Source of the DNA: Patescibacteria group bacterium
GTDB lineage: Bacteria; Patescibacteriota; Patescibacteriia; UBA9934; GWF2-40-263
NCBI GenBank assembly: GCA_041661745.1
Contig: JBAZTR010000001.1
Location: 79,740-143,739 of the forward strand
Direction of reading: 5' to 3'
DNA: 64,000 bases
The translations under genes and the position numbers were made by a program. Under the pieces are notes generated by a model. The model made no database searches. It saw nothing but the letters and a program-made list of their open reading frames with translations, and was not told where the DNA came from. The stretch's first letter is position 1. Every line of letters starts with the position of its first letter. Below, piece by piece: positions 19,101-29,107 of the stretch.

Positions 19101-19642
19101 TTACGCGAAACATTACAAAAAGATTGATTGTATGGGCTGTTATTGCGGTGTTTATTTTGATGATACCTCTGGTGATGTTGTTTACTGATGAAGTGAACTT
19201 AACCGAGGCTATTGCTTACGCCGTTATACTGTTGGCCGGTGGTGGTGCTTACGAACTGGTCATGGCTTTAAATAAGTTTAGTAAAGCGTATCGCGTTGCT
19301 TTTGGTATTGGGTTTGCGGGCTTGTTCCTTCTTGGTTGGGCCAACGGTGCTGTTGGCATTATTGGAAGCGAGGATAACCCGGCCAACCTAATGTATTGGG
19401 CGGTCTTTGCCGTTGGACTTATCGGCTCTTTTATTTCACGCCTCAAGCCGCGGGGAATGGCCCGTACTTTATTTGCGATGGCTTTCGTTCAGTTGTCGGT
19501 TCCGGTATTTGCACTCTTTGTCTGGCCGGCCCAGGCCGCTTGGGGCGAAGCAGGTGTTATTGGTGTCTTTATCATCAATCTAATTTTTTCCATGATTTTT
19601 GTCACATCAGCACTGCTGTTTCGCCGCACCACTATTCGCTAA
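19097..19642 (+). CDS. hypothetical membrane protein
   Basis: Five or six predicted TM helices. Start overlaps the upstream gene by 4 bp. Confidence 0.45.
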   Translation: MITRNITKRLIVWAVIAVFILMIPLVMLFTDEVNLTEAIAYAVILLAGGGAYELVMALNKFSKAYRVAFGIGFAGLFLLGWANGAVGIIGSEDNPANLMYWAVFAVGLIGSFISRLKPRGMARTLFAMAFVQLSVPVFALFVWPAQAAWGEAGVIGVFIINLIFSMIFVTSALLFRRTTIR

Positions 19643-19706
19643 AATTTTAAAAAAATATATAATTGGTGATAAAGAGACCAAATTAATACTATTTTTTCAA
19701 AACCAT

Positions 19707-20714
19707 ATGAGAGAACAACAATTCAGCCCTTCCGAACAAGCGAATAATATAGAAGGGCGAATCGAGAGTGCAACTGAAAAAAAAGAGCCGCGACGCGATT
19801 TTGAATCTCGTTTTAACGATCTCGCAAGAGAACGAAGTATTATTGAGCACGACAGCGAGATAACTTTTCAAGTGGCCCAAATGCAAATGGAAGGGTTGCA
19901 GACTTTAATAAATGAATACGGTAGTGATGCGGTTTTTGAAGCAATAAAAAAACAATTTAAATCTAAAACAGGTGATGATACTTTTTCTACTTTTGAGGTG
20001 GTTAAGGCGCTTGAGTCTAATCCTAAAAAGCGAGCGTCTTTGTTTGAAAAAATGAAGGCCGACGCTCAACAAGAAGGCGAAAAATTTGATAGGGCTGTTA
20101 ATCCAGATCTTACAGGCGAGGCCAGGTGGAATTCTACACCACGCCGGTATTTTGATTCGCACTGGGGTAGTGGTCAAAATTTTGTTCGCGGAGTTGTGTC
20201 CGGAGTCGAAGCAATGCAAGCGCTTGATAGTTTTTTTGGCCGAATCGCGCCCGAGCGATATTACAGAATTTTAAGCAGCCGCGTGTCTGAATTTGCGACA
20301 TATGTTTCTCAATTCGAAGAGGAAGAACAAAAATTAAAAGGCCAGCTGGCCGAAGCGGGGAATGATATTTTTCGTCTTGTTGAAGATAGAGATGAAACCA
20401 GAAAAGAACGAAGAGAACAATTGCTCGATCGAGCTGATGAACTAAGTGAAGAATTAACGAACGAGATCGAGAGAATTACCAACGAAGTAAAGGCCAAGCT
20501 TGAAGAATGGCGGGCTAAGGCTGTCGGCGATTTAAGCAGAGTTGGAAGTTTAGAAACTGCGAGTGATGAAATGAAAACTGCTTTACAAAAAGCCTTGGGA
20601 GAAGTGGAAGCTGAAATTGCGAGTCGTGTAAAAAAAACAGAACAGGAAATTATCGAGCAAACCGCGGCTTTACGAAAAGTTATGAGGGGATTGGAGGAAC
20701 TTTACCGTTCTTAA
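19707..20714 (+). CDS. hypothetical coiled-coil protein with shared N-terminal leader (MREQQFSPSEQANNIEG)
   Basis: The ORF track starts at 19599, overlapping the previous gene. The M at 19707 reproduces the leader seen on the NUDIX gene. Confidence 0.5.
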   Translation: MREQQFSPSEQANNIEGRIESATEKKEPRRDFESRFNDLARERSIIEHDSEITFQVAQMQMEGLQTLINEYGSDAVFEAIKKQFKSKTGDDTFSTFEVVKALESNPKKRASLFEKMKADAQQEGEKFDRAVNPDLTGEARWNSTPRRYFDSHWGSGQNFVRGVVSGVEAMQALDSFFGRIAPERYYRILSSRVSEFATYVSQFEEEEQKLKGQLAEAGNDIFRLVEDRDETRKERREQLLDRADELSEELTNEIERITNEVKAKLEEWRAKAVGDLSRVGSLETASDEMKTALQKALGEVEAEIASRVKKTEQEIIEQTAALRKVMRGLEELYRS

Positions 20715-20828
20715 TCAAAAAATTACTGGTGGTTGGACTATTTTTGTCGGAATTGGTATACTGATGACATACAGTTGTTTTTCCGCACCTTTTTAAATGT
20801 CGGTGACCAATGAACAAATAATTTTTAC

Positions 20829-21161
20829 ATGTTTTTACGTCTTGCCACATTTTTTTTGACTTTGACCTTTTTGGTCGCGGCGGCCAGCCCGACCGTGGTT
20901 TTGGCACAAACAAAAGTTAGTCACGGTTGTCATAAAGAACCGGTCGAAATGCCGGTCGCTTGTGCCGTTCATTGTCTTGATAATGCCATTAATGAAGACG
21001 AAGTCGTGTTTGATTTAACCTCAGGCTTTGAATTTATTGCCCCGGTCATTGTTAAAGAAATTACGGAACTGCAATTTTTTTCTGTTCTACCACCAACTTT
21101 TGAAGAAGCTGAAGTTTTCCGAGATCCTCGAGTTATCTTGTCCATCATTAAACGCGAGTAG
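20829..21161 (+). CDS. small secreted Cys/His-containing protein (possible metal-binding)
   Basis: Signal peptide. Motif HGCHKEPVEMPVACAVHC. Lies immediately upstream of the copper genes. Confidence 0.4.
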   Translation: MFLRLATFFLTLTFLVAAASPTVVLAQTKVSHGCHKEPVEMPVACAVHCLDNAINEDEVVFDLTSGFEFIAPVIVKEITELQFFSVLPPTFEEAEVFRDPRVILSIIKRE

Positions 21162-21163
21162 AA

Positions 21164-21205
21164 AACACAAGAATTTTATAATTCTTAATTCTTGTGTTTT
21201 TTAGT
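21164..21205 (+). terminator. rho-independent terminator
   Basis: Perfect 14-bp stem aaaacacaagaatt/aattcttgtgtttt followed by a T-run. Confidence 0.6.
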
Positions 21206-21206
21206 T

Positions 21207-22835
21207 ATGAATAAAATTACAATTCCCATTCGCGGCATGCATTGCGCTTCATGCGAACTACTTGTAGAAGAACAATTAAAAAAAATTCCCAATATTTCCG
21301 CGGTTCGAGTTAATCAAAAAAAAGCCAAGGCCGAAATTGCTTATGACGGAGAACTGCCCGATCAGGCTGTTTTAGCCCGAGCGGTTCAAAAGGCTGGTTA
21401 TGAGATTGGCGAAAAACAAAAAGCCCCGTGGCTTTCAAAAGACTGGATTGATTATAGAGATTTAATACTAGCCGGAGTGATCCTTTTGATTCTTTACTTA
21501 GTTACTAGGTGGTTTAACCTTTTTGGTTTAACCGTTGATGTCCCCAGTTCTGGTGTGGCTGTAGCTCTTTTAGTCGGGTTGGTGGCCGGTATCTCCACTT
21601 GTATGGCTTTAGTTGGTGGTTTGGTTTTAGGTCTTTCGGCCCGACATGCCGAACAACACCCCGAGGCCACAGCCGCGCAAAAATTTCGTCCTCATCTTTA
21701 CTTTAACCTTGGTCGAATTTTCGGTTTTGCTGTTTTGGGTGGGCTAATTGGCCTCATTGGCCAAGCCTTTAAACCATCAGCTGATATTCTTGGGTTTCTA
21801 ACCGTGATTATTGGCGGGGTGATGATTTTTTTTGGTTTGAAGCTGATAGAAATTTTTCCGGCTCTGAAGGATAAAAATATTACCCTGCCGCCCGGAATCG
21901 CGCGATTGTTTGGTCTACACAAAGAGGTAAAGGAATACAGTCACCGCGGAGCTGTGGTTATTGGAGCGTTGTCGTTCTTTTTACCGTGTGGTTTTACCCA
22001 AGCTATGCAATTGTACGCAGTTTCGACCGGAAGTTTTTGGCAAGGAATGGCTATTATGGGACTGTTTGCTTTGGGAACAGCCCCCGGGCTCTTGAGTATC
22101 GGCGGTTTATCATCGGTTTTTAAGGGTCGACCCGCACGGATATTTTTCATGACAGCCGGTTTGTCGGTAATTCTTTTGGGTTGGTTTAATATTGCCAACG
22201 GCTCCAGATTAATCAGTGGCATGACCGCTGGGGTTACCTCCGCCGCTGTCGATCAAACGCAAACCGCGCAAGAAGTGCGGATGACCCAAGGGACTCGCGG
22301 TTATTCCCCCAATACTTTTACAGTGGAGGTCGGCCGACCGGTGAAATGGATTATTAATTCCACCTCGACTTTTAGTTGTGCTTCCTCGATCGTTATGCCG
22401 AAATACGACATCAGCCAATCGCTTCACGCCGGAGAAAACATAATAACCTTTATACCAACGGAAACCGGGGAGGTTCCTTTTTCTTGTTCTATGGGCATGT
22501 ATCGCGGAAAATTTATTGTTGTTAATAATAAAGAATCAAATGCCACTGATGCGAGTGTTGAACAAGTAATCAGCGCTGTCTATACTTATGATCAAGACAT
22601 TGTGCCCAATATTTTTACGGTTAAAAAAGATCAACCGGTAAAATTTACAATCGAAGTAAAAGAAGATGGCTATGGTTGCATGAGTACGATCATGGTGCCG
22701 GAGCTTTATAATACGCCGGTGGCGCTTAGAGCCGGAGAAAATATTGTCATGACCTTTATTCCGCACCAAATCGGAGATTATCCGATTACTTGCGCTATGG
22801 GGGCGGTTCGCGGTTTAATTAAGGTAATTGACTAA
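21207..22835 (+). CDS. putative copper-handling membrane protein: N-terminal HMA domain, polytopic TM domain, two C-terminal cupredoxin-like domains
   Basis: GMHCASC metal-binding motif and about six TM helices. Two repeats of about 100 aa have plastocyanin-like spacing (FTVEVG..VKW.N......C....G.....F.C..GMYRGKFIV) with Cys/Met at the ligand positions. Confidence 0.55.
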   Translation: MNKITIPIRGMHCASCELLVEEQLKKIPNISAVRVNQKKAKAEIAYDGELPDQAVLARAVQKAGYEIGEKQKAPWLSKDWIDYRDLILAGVILLILYLVTRWFNLFGLTVDVPSSGVAVALLVGLVAGISTCMALVGGLVLGLSARHAEQHPEATAAQKFRPHLYFNLGRIFGFAVLGGLIGLIGQAFKPSADILGFLTVIIGGVMIFFGLKLIEIFPALKDKNITLPPGIARLFGLHKEVKEYSHRGAVVIGALSFFLPCGFTQAMQLYAVSTGSFWQGMAIMGLFALGTAPGLLSIGGLSSVFKGRPARIFFMTAGLSVILLGWFNIANGSRLISGMTAGVTSAAVDQTQTAQEVRMTQGTRGYSPNTFTVEVGRPVKWIINSTSTFSCASSIVMPKYDISQSLHAGENIITFIPTETGEVPFSCSMGMYRGKFIVVNNKESNATDASVEQVISAVYTYDQDIVPNIFTVKKDQPVKFTIEVKEDGYGCMSTIMVPELYNTPVALRAGENIVMTFIPHQIGDYPITCAMGAVRGLIKVID

Positions 22836-22838
22836 TAT

Positions 22839-24950
22839 ATGAAAAAAATATCTTTTCCTATTCAGGGTATGCACTGTGCTTCGTGCGCTGTTCGTCTTGA
22901 GGGAGCGTTTAAAGGAACGCCGGGCGTAACCGAAGCCGCGGTCAATTTTGCTTTAAATCAAGCTAGCGTGATTTTTGACGAACAAAAGATTGACGAGCAT
23001 CGTATTCATAAAGTTGTTGAAGACGAGGGCTACAAAGTACCGAGCATGAAGCATAACGATCATAATTACAATGACCACGACCACATGAATCATGGTGACG
23101 ATTCGGGAATAGGGCGATTAATGATTATCTCTTTAATTTTAAGTGTCCCTACTTTTGTTTTAGCCATGATTGGTTTTGGTCAATGGTTTCAAGCCGTTTT
23201 AGCTACAGCGGTAGTTTTATGGCCGGGGTTTGTCTTTCACAAGTCGGCTTTTGCCTCGCTTAAGCGTTTACGAGCCGATATGGATACTTTGATTTCGTTG
23301 GGGACCTTGGTTACGATAATTTTTAGCTGGTGGCAAATTTTTTCCGGTGGCGATCAGTATTTCGAAACAGCCGCCGTTATTACCTCGTTTATCTTGTTAG
23401 GTCGTTTTTTGGAAGCGAAGAGTAAGGGGCAGGCCAGCCAAGCTATTCGTCGTCTTTTGGAAATCGGGGTCAAACAAGCACATCGGCTTGTCGGAGAAAC
23501 AATTGAAGAAGTTGCGGTGGCTGATTTGAAAGTTAGTGATTTGGTTTTAGTAAAACCCGGCGAAAAAATTCCTCTTGATGGAAAAATTATCGAGGGCGAG
23601 TCATCAATTGACGAATCAATGTTAACCGGCGAATCAATGCCGGTCGAAAAAAAGATTGGTGAAACAGTTTTTGGTGCCACGATTAACCAGCAAGGTGCTT
23701 TAACGGTTGAAATAACAAAGACGGTTGGCAATACTATTCTTGATCAAATGGCCAAGCTGATGGAAGAGGCACAGATGAAAAAAGCGCCGGTGCAGAAATT
23801 GGTTGATAGAATTTCTGCGGTTTTTGTTCCAGTGGTTATTGTTGTTTCCGCGCTCACTTTTTTGGGTTGGTTTATAGCGACTGGAAGTTTCGCGGTTTCG
23901 TTGATTCCGGCCGTGGCCGTGTTAGTTATTGCTTGTCCTTGTGCTCTTGGTTTGGCTACGCCGACGGCGATTTTAGTCGGCACTGGCCGAGGCGCGCGCG
24001 AGGGTATCCTTATTAAAAGCGGTGAAGCTTTGGAACGCGGGCGAAATCTTGATTTGGTTTTATTTGATAAAACCGGAACCCTGACACAGGGTAAACCGGC
24101 CGTGTGCGAAATCGTTGGTAATAAGAGTATTCTACCACTGGTCGCCGCGGTTGAGGCCGCCTCTGAGCATCCATTGGCGCGAGCCATTGTCTCTTTTGTT
24201 GGAAAGGTCGACCAACGAGTCAGTCATGTTTCGGCTTTTTCCGGCCGTGGGGTTCAAGGCGAGGTCGACGGAAAAAATATTTCACTTGGCAACCCGTTGT
24301 TTATGGCCGAGAAAAATATTTCACTTGATAACTTTTCACAAGATCTTTCGAGGCTGCAAAACGAAGGGAAAACAGTGGTGATCGCGGCCGTTGACGGCCA
24401 CGCCGAACTCCTTCTAGCTATCGCCGACACGCCAAAGGAAACGGCCGCCGCTGCGGTAAAAAAATTGTTGGTGATTGGTTTACCAACCCTCATGATCACC
24501 GGTGATAATCGTAAAACCGCCGAAGTTATGGCCCGCGATTTAGGTATTACAAGATTTGAGGCAGAAGTTTTACCCAATCAAAAACTTGAGATTGTCCGGA
24601 GACTTCAAGCGGAAGGCAAAAAAGTGGCTTTTGTCGGCGATGGTATCAACGACGCTCCGGCTTTAGTTCAGGCTGATTTAGGCATTGCCGTTGGTTCGGG
24701 TACAGATATTGCCATTGAGGCTGGACAAATCGTTTTGGTCGGCGGTGGACCGGAAAAAGTTTCGGCGGCCATTATTTTAGCGCGGCGTACCTACCGTATC
24801 ATTAAACAAAATTTATTTTGGGCGTTTGGCTATAACATTATTGCTATTCCACTGGCCATTTTTGGTTTGCTTAATCCAATGATCGCTTCGGCGGCCATGG
24901 CTTTGTCCTCGGTTTCCGTGGTTATAAATTCACTACGGCTTAGAAAGTAA
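22839..24950 (+). CDS. copA: copper-translocating P1B-type ATPase
   Basis: HMA GMHCASC, TM CPC motif (ACPCALG), [15 protein letters not shown]. His-rich N-terminal segment. Confidence 0.9.
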   Translation: MKKISFPIQGMHCASCAVRLEGAFKGTPGVTEAAVNFALNQASVIFDEQKIDEHRIHKVVEDEGYKVPSMKHNDHNYNDHDHMNHGDDSGIGRLMIISLILSVPTFVLAMIGFGQWFQAVLATAVVLWPGFVFHKSAFASLKRLRADMDTLISLGTLVTIIFSWWQIFSGGDQYFETAAVITSFILLGRFLEAKSKGQASQAIRRLLEIGVKQAHRLVGETIEEVAVADLKVSDLVLVKPGEKIPLDGKIIEGESSIDESMLTGESMPVEKKIGETVFGATINQQGALTVEITKTVGNTILDQMAKLMEEAQMKKAPVQKLVDRISAVFVPVVIVVSALTFLGWFIATGSFAVSLIPAVAVLVIACPCALGLATPTAILVGTGRGAREGILIKSGEALERGRNLDLVLFDKTGTLTQGKPAVCEIVGNKSILPLVAAVEAASEHPLARAIVSFVGKVDQRVSHVSAFSGRGVQGEVDGKNISLGNPLFMAEKNISLDNFSQDLSRLQNEGKTVVIAAVDGHAELLLAIADTPKETAAAAVKKLLVIGLPTLMITGDNRKTAEVMARDLGITRFEAEVLPNQKLEIVRRLQAEGKKVAFVGDGINDAPALVQADLGIAVGSGTDIAIEAGQIVLVGGGPEKVSAAIILARRTYRIIKQNLFWAFGYNIIAIPLAIFGLLNPMIASAAMALSSVSVVINSLRLRK

Positions 24951-24965
24951 TTTGTAAAATAAAAA

Positions 24966-24998
24966 ACCAAGGTGCTAAGCCTTGGTTTTATTTTTTAG
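24966..24998. terminator. bidirectional rho-independent terminator between convergent copA and the metal ABC permease
   Basis: accaagg-tgctaag-ccttggt hairpin flanked by an A-run and a T-run. Confidence 0.55.
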
Positions 24999-25798
24999 CG
25001 TCTTCTAAAAACCGCCGCCAAGCAGAACAAAACCGTCCCAGCCAACACAATCGAGGCGCCCGAAGGCAAATCAAATTGAAACGAAGCGAGCAAACCAGCG
25101 AGAATCGTTACCTCGGCAACAACAACCGACAAAATAAAATATTGACGAAAATTTTTGGCAATTAAACGACTGGTAGCTGGCGGAAGAATTAACAAAGCCG
25201 AAACCAGAACAATGCCAAGCATCTTCACTCCAAGAACAGTCGCGAGGGCCAGAGAAACATAAAGAACCAAAGTGTGAAGTTTTACTTTCACCCCGGCCAC
25301 GGCCGCACTCTCTTCGGTCAACGACATGAAAGTTAACCCGCGGAACGAAGTAAAGAGCCAAATTAAAATGGCCGCGGTAATGCCGGCAGTAATCCACAAA
25401 TCAGTGTTTTGAATGGAAAGAATGCTGCCGAACAAGTAGGAAACCAAATCAGGTTGATAGCCTGGGGTGAAACGCATGAGGACAACCCCAAGGGCCATGC
25501 TGGCCGTGAAAAGAATGCCAATAATCGAATCAGTGGGCAGTTTTACTTTTCGTTCGAGTAGAAAAATGATCACCGCCACTACAAGCGACCAAACTAAAGC
25601 AACGGGAAGCGGGGTTAAACCAGCAAGGAGAGCAATAGCAATTCCGGCCAGCGAAGCATGGGCAATACCATCACCAAAAAAAGCCATGCGCCGCAGAGTT
25701 ACATAAACTCCCAAGCACGCCAAAAGTAAACCAAGGATTAAGCCGGCGATTATGGCGCGTTGTAAAAAGGGATAATTTAGTAGTTCGAGGAGAGGCAT
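24995..25798 (-). CDS. metal (Zn/Mn) ABC transporter permease, ABC-3 family
   Basis: Eight TM helices and a ZnuB/TroD-like N-terminus (LLELLNYPFLQRAIIAG...FFGDGIAHASLAG). Confidence 0.8.
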   Translation of the reverse strand: MPLLELLNYPFLQRAIIAGLILGLLLACLGVYVTLRRMAFFGDGIAHASLAGIAIALLAGLTPLPVALVWSLVVAVIIFLLERKVKLPTDSIIGILFTASMALGVVLMRFTPGYQPDLVSYLFGSILSIQNTDLWITAGITAAILIWLFTSFRGLTFMSLTEESAAVAGVKVKLHTLVLYVSLALATVLGVKMLGIVLVSALLILPPATSRLIAKNFRQYFILSVVVAEVTILAGLLASFQFDLPSGASIVLAGTVLFCLAAVFRRR

Positions 25799-25890
25799 AG
25801 TTTTAGGTTGGAGTGTGTAGTATGTAGTATGTAGGCAAAAGTTTCAGATTAGATCTATTGCCTACCCACTACCTACTACATACTAATCAC

Positions 25891-26646
25891 CTACGCTTCG
25901 TGATGATGTTGGTGATGCTCATAAAGCGAATGATGCGGGCCAAAAAGTTCACCAAGTGATTTTTGGGTTAAGGCTTTTTTAGGCGGACCAGAACAAAGTA
26001 ATTTTTTGTTTAAACAAAGAACCTGATCAACCAAACAAGAAATCATAGCGATATCGTGCGACACCATAAGAATGGTAGTGTGGTGTTCTTTGTTTAAGTG
26101 TTCGATGACATCGTGAATGGCGGTTTCACCGGCTACATCAATACCGGTTGAGGGTTCATCAAGAAAAAGAATCGCCGGATCGTTCAAAATGGCTTGAGCG
26201 ATTAAAATGCGTTGTAATTGTCCGCCGGAAAGCGTGCCCAAACGTTTGTGCAGAACTAAAGGAGTTAAGCCAACCTCTTTAATAACAGTTAAAATTCGTG
26301 AGGGCAGACATTTGGTTCCAAGGGCCAGATGTAAAAATTCTTCCACGGTAATGGGGAAGTCGCGATCAAAAGTAAAACGCTGCGGCACGTAACCAACCCG
26401 GCCGCGAACTTCGTGGAAATGTTGGCCAAGCACTAAAGCTTCGCCGCGAAAAGGTGCTAAACCAAGGATAGCCTTCATTAAAGTAGTTTTACCTGAACCA
26501 TTAGGGCCAACAATGGCCGCGACCGTACCTTGTCCAACAGAAAAAGAAATATCGTCAACGACGACATTGTCACCGTATTTAACGTTGAGGTTTTCCACGA
26601 AAATGGCCGGAATCGGTTCATTGGTTTTTTTGGAGCGTGGAGACAT
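25891..26646 (-). CDS. metal ABC transporter ATP-binding protein with His-rich C-terminus
   Basis: Walker A GPNGSGKTT, signature LSGGQLQR, Walker B LFLDEP. The tail is HHSLYEHHQHHHEA. Confidence 0.85.
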   Translation of the reverse strand: MSPRSKKTNEPIPAIFVENLNVKYGDNVVVDDISFSVGQGTVAAIVGPNGSGKTTLMKAILGLAPFRGEALVLGQHFHEVRGRVGYVPQRFTFDRDFPITVEEFLHLALGTKCLPSRILTVIKEVGLTPLVLHKRLGTLSGGQLQRILIAQAILNDPAILFLDEPSTGIDVAGETAIHDVIEHLNKEHHTTILMVSHDIAMISCLVDQVLCLNKKLLCSGPPKKALTQKSLGELFGPHHSLYEHHQHHHEA

Positions 26647-27523
26647 TTGTTTTTATTAGATTTATGTAAGAGTCGTAAGGGGCAACACCACCGATGTCAT
26701 CAAGTACTTTTAATTCGATGTCATAATCGTTAGCAAAAGTTTCGTAACCGGAAATACTCATTTGCGGTTCGTAATAAATTGTTTTAACCCCGGCCTCGGA
26801 AATTTTATTTACCAATTCAGCTAAGTATTGCGGGGTCGGCTCACGACCGGCTGTTGGTTCAAAAGTTCCGGCCACGGTTAAACCATACTCATTAGTAAAA
26901 TAATACCACGCGTCGTGAAAAGTTACGATATTTTTATTTGGGATATCTTTTAACGCGGCGCGGGTTTCTGCGTCTAGAGTATCAAGTTCCAACAAATAGG
27001 TTTCAAGATTACTGGAAAAAGTTTGTGTCTGTTCTGGGAAACGCGCGATCAAGTCGTTGGCAATTGTTGTGGCAATAATTTTGGCATTGGGAACAGATAG
27101 CCAGTAGTGCGGATCGTATGGGCCTTCCTCCTCCTCCATTGAAGGACGAAGAGAAATATTTTTATCTACCAAGGTTGTTTCGGCACCAACACTGTCGGCC
27201 AAAACCGTTGACCACTCGTCTAGCTGATAGCCGATGGCGTAAACAGTCACCGCTCCATTTAATTCTTTAAGCAGGGAAGGCGAGGGTTCAAAAGAATGGG
27301 CATCAGACCCAGGTGGTAGAATAAGCGTGACTTTTACCGCTTCGCCAGCCACGTTTTTAGCAATGTCGTAAATGGGGAAAATAGTCGCCGCGACACTTGA
27401 CTCCTCCTCTTTTTCTAATTGTGGCATGAGGGCAAAAAGAACCACAATTCCTCCTGTGATTATAACGGCGGCCAGGAGAAAAATTAAAGTTTTAAAATGA
27501 TTTACTTGGTGCATACTTTGCAA
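26618..27523 (-). CDS. metal ABC transporter substrate-binding protein (ZnuA/TroA-like)
   Basis: Signal/TM anchor and cluster-9 SBP motifs (TIFPIYDIAKNVAG...LPPGSDAHSFEPSP). Confidence 0.8.
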   Translation of the reverse strand: MQSMHQVNHFKTLIFLLAAVIITGGIVVLFALMPQLEKEEESSVAATIFPIYDIAKNVAGEAVKVTLILPPGSDAHSFEPSPSLLKELNGAVTVYAIGYQLDEWSTVLADSVGAETTLVDKNISLRPSMEEEEGPYDPHYWLSVPNAKIIATTIANDLIARFPEQTQTFSSNLETYLLELDTLDAETRAALKDIPNKNIVTFHDAWYYFTNEYGLTVAGTFEPTAGREPTPQYLAELVNKISEAGVKTIYYEPQMSISGYETFANDYDIELKVLDDIGGVAPYDSYINLIKTNVSTLQKNQ

Positions 27524-27855
27524 AGATTAAAAAATTCTAGATTATGATTTTTTTGAGTTTTAATAGGGCAGGGAACGCATTCTACTTTTCCACAGTTTGA
27601 ACAAAACTGATGAGCATGATGTGAGCGACCGGATAATTCAAAAAGTCCTTCGCCGTGATGCGAGTGAAGTGAGGTGATTACGCCTTTTTTCTGTAAAGCG
27701 TTGAGGTTACGGAAAACCGTAGCTCGATCAACACCGCGTATTTCCTTAACTAATTGTCCGGCTGTCCACGCTCGGTCTTCTGAGAATAGGTGAAGTAGCT
27801 TTTCGCGTGCCGAAGTCTGGCGCAAGCCTTTTTTTGATAAATCTTCAAGAGTCAT
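27502..27855 (-). CDS. zur: Fur-family transcriptional regulator (Zur-like)
   Basis: Winged-helix N-terminus, HHxH, and a C-terminal CxxC...CxxC pair. Confidence 0.8.
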   Translation of the reverse strand: MTLEDLSKKGLRQTSAREKLLHLFSEDRAWTAGQLVKEIRGVDRATVFRNLNALQKKGVITSLHSHHGEGLFELSGRSHHAHQFCSNCGKVECVPCPIKTQKNHNLEFFNLCKVCTK

Positions 27856-27871
27856 AAGGGTTATTTACATT

Positions 27872-27889
27872 ATGCGACCATAGTCGCAT
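27872..27889. promoter_or_regulatory. candidate Zur/Fur operator (ATGCGAC-CATA-GTCGCAT palindrome)
   Basis: Perfect 7-4-7 inverted repeat about 20 bp upstream of the zur start, in the divergent promoter region. Confidence 0.5.
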
Positions 27890-28012
27890 TTAAGTCAAAT
27901 ATTTTATCCCCAGCATTGACAATTGGCTTTGTTACTGATAAATTGTTCTTATTCAAAAAGACACGACAATTGAAGATTATTGTCAGTCGTCATAAATTGT
28001 GACTTAAAAATA

Positions 28013-28135
28013 TGGGAATGAGAAAAAAAGGCCGCAATATGTGGAAGGCTCAGCGTAAGGTTGACGCGGCCAAAATCCGCAAAGCTAAAGCGATTAGATT
28101 CGTTAAAGCTGCTGCCAAAGCGAAGAAAAAATAAA
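28013..28135 (+). CDS. candidate 40-aa highly basic peptide (MGMRKKGRNMWKAQRKVDAAKIRKAKAIRFVKAAAKAKKK)
   Basis: Not in the ORF track because it is under 60 aa. Divergent from zur. Composition is ribosomal-protein-like. Unverified. Confidence 0.25.
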
Positions 28136-28137
28136 TC

Positions 28138-28233
28138 GAGGGGACAGGGGTTAGGGGACAGTGTTGGAAGTTCGATTATTTTAAAAAAAATAGTCACAAT
28201 CCATCCCTTTCCCCTGTACCCTATCCCCTCAAC
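28138..28233. repeat. MITE-like G/C-rich inverted-repeat element
   Basis: Arms GAGGGGACAGGGGTTAGGGGACAG and CCCTTTCCCCTGTACCCTATCCCCTC flank an AT-rich core. Same word family as the elements in the atp operon. Confidence 0.55.
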
Positions 28234-28239
28234 CAAAAC

Positions 28240-28270
28240 AAAAATACCTTCGAAACCGAAGGTATTTTTG
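28240..28270. terminator. bidirectional rho-independent terminator
   Basis: ataccttcg-aaac-cgaaggtat hairpin flanked by an A-run and a T-run. Confidence 0.55.
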
Positions 28271-28279
28271 TTTGCTCGC

Positions 28280-28462
28280 TTAGAAGCGAGGCTTGCGCTT
28301 GCGGTTGCATTCGCGGCAATAAATTTTGCCGTAAGTGCCATCTTCCTTGATGGAAGGTTGAAATGGCAACTCGGTGATAGCAACACCGCAGTCAGCGCAG
28401 GTCAGGTTCAACGCCGAGACATCATTCATCTGGCGAGGACCCCGATTCTGGAAGTCGTTCAT
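28280..28462 (-). CDS. small zinc-ribbon protein (4 Cys) with basic tail
   Basis: CADC...CREC pairs and a C-terminal RKRKPRF. Confidence 0.4.
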   Translation of the reverse strand: MNDFQNRGPRQMNDVSALNLTCADCGVAITELPFQPSIKEDGTYGKIYCRECNRKRKPRF

Positions 28463-28610
28463 ATTTTGGGTAAGACCTCATTGAATTAGAGGTTATCGTG
28501 TGGTTGAAGCGAACGACCCCTCGACTTTGGGATCCGCCTAACTTTGGATAACTGTCGATATATTACCATAAACTGCCTTTTTTGTCAACTGTTTGCTATA
28601 ATACAGCCAT

Positions 28611-29036
28611 ATGTTTCAAAGCGACCTTCTTTTTCTGGTCAAATTGATTGATCCCGATATGCTTCTGTTCTTTGTTTTTGGTCTGGCTGTGGTTTTGGTT
28701 CTTTTGTTGCGAAAAGTTCCGCTTGTTAAACCGCTTATTATTGTGACCGCTTTGCTTGAGGCTTTTTTTGTTTGGAAAGTCGCTTTTGCCTTAGCTGTGC
28801 CTTCAATTAGCGTTGTTCCGGAAAGTTTTGCATCACTGGCGTTTTTGTTTGTTTGGCATCATTGGATTATCTTGGCCCCGGTGCCGATTTTTCTTGCTTT
28901 GGCCATTATAATTTTGGCTGTTTATCGTGAACGAATTACCGAAGATCACGCCACGGTTTATCGCCACCTGACCATTTTTTCCATTCTGGTTTCTTTCGCC
29001 TTGTTTTCACTTTCAGTTGTGGAAAGTATTTTTTAA
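28611..29036 (+). CDS. hypothetical membrane protein
   Basis: Four TM helices. Confidence 0.4.
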   Translation: MFQSDLLFLVKLIDPDMLLFFVFGLAVVLVLLLRKVPLVKPLIIVTALLEAFFVWKVAFALAVPSISVVPESFASLAFLFVWHHWIILAPVPIFLALAIIILAVYRERITEDHATVYRHLTIFSILVSFALFSLSVVESIF

Positions 29037-29107
29037 CCAAGCCCTGATGCGTCCCCTTAAGGCCTTAACGCCCAAAAAATAATCCCCACAGTCCAACCAA
29101 ACAAAAT

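Noticed and set aside
19599-19706. Upstream extension of the 19707 gene.
   Set aside because: It overlaps the preceding membrane-protein gene. The M at 19707 reproduces the leader shared with the NUDIX gene.
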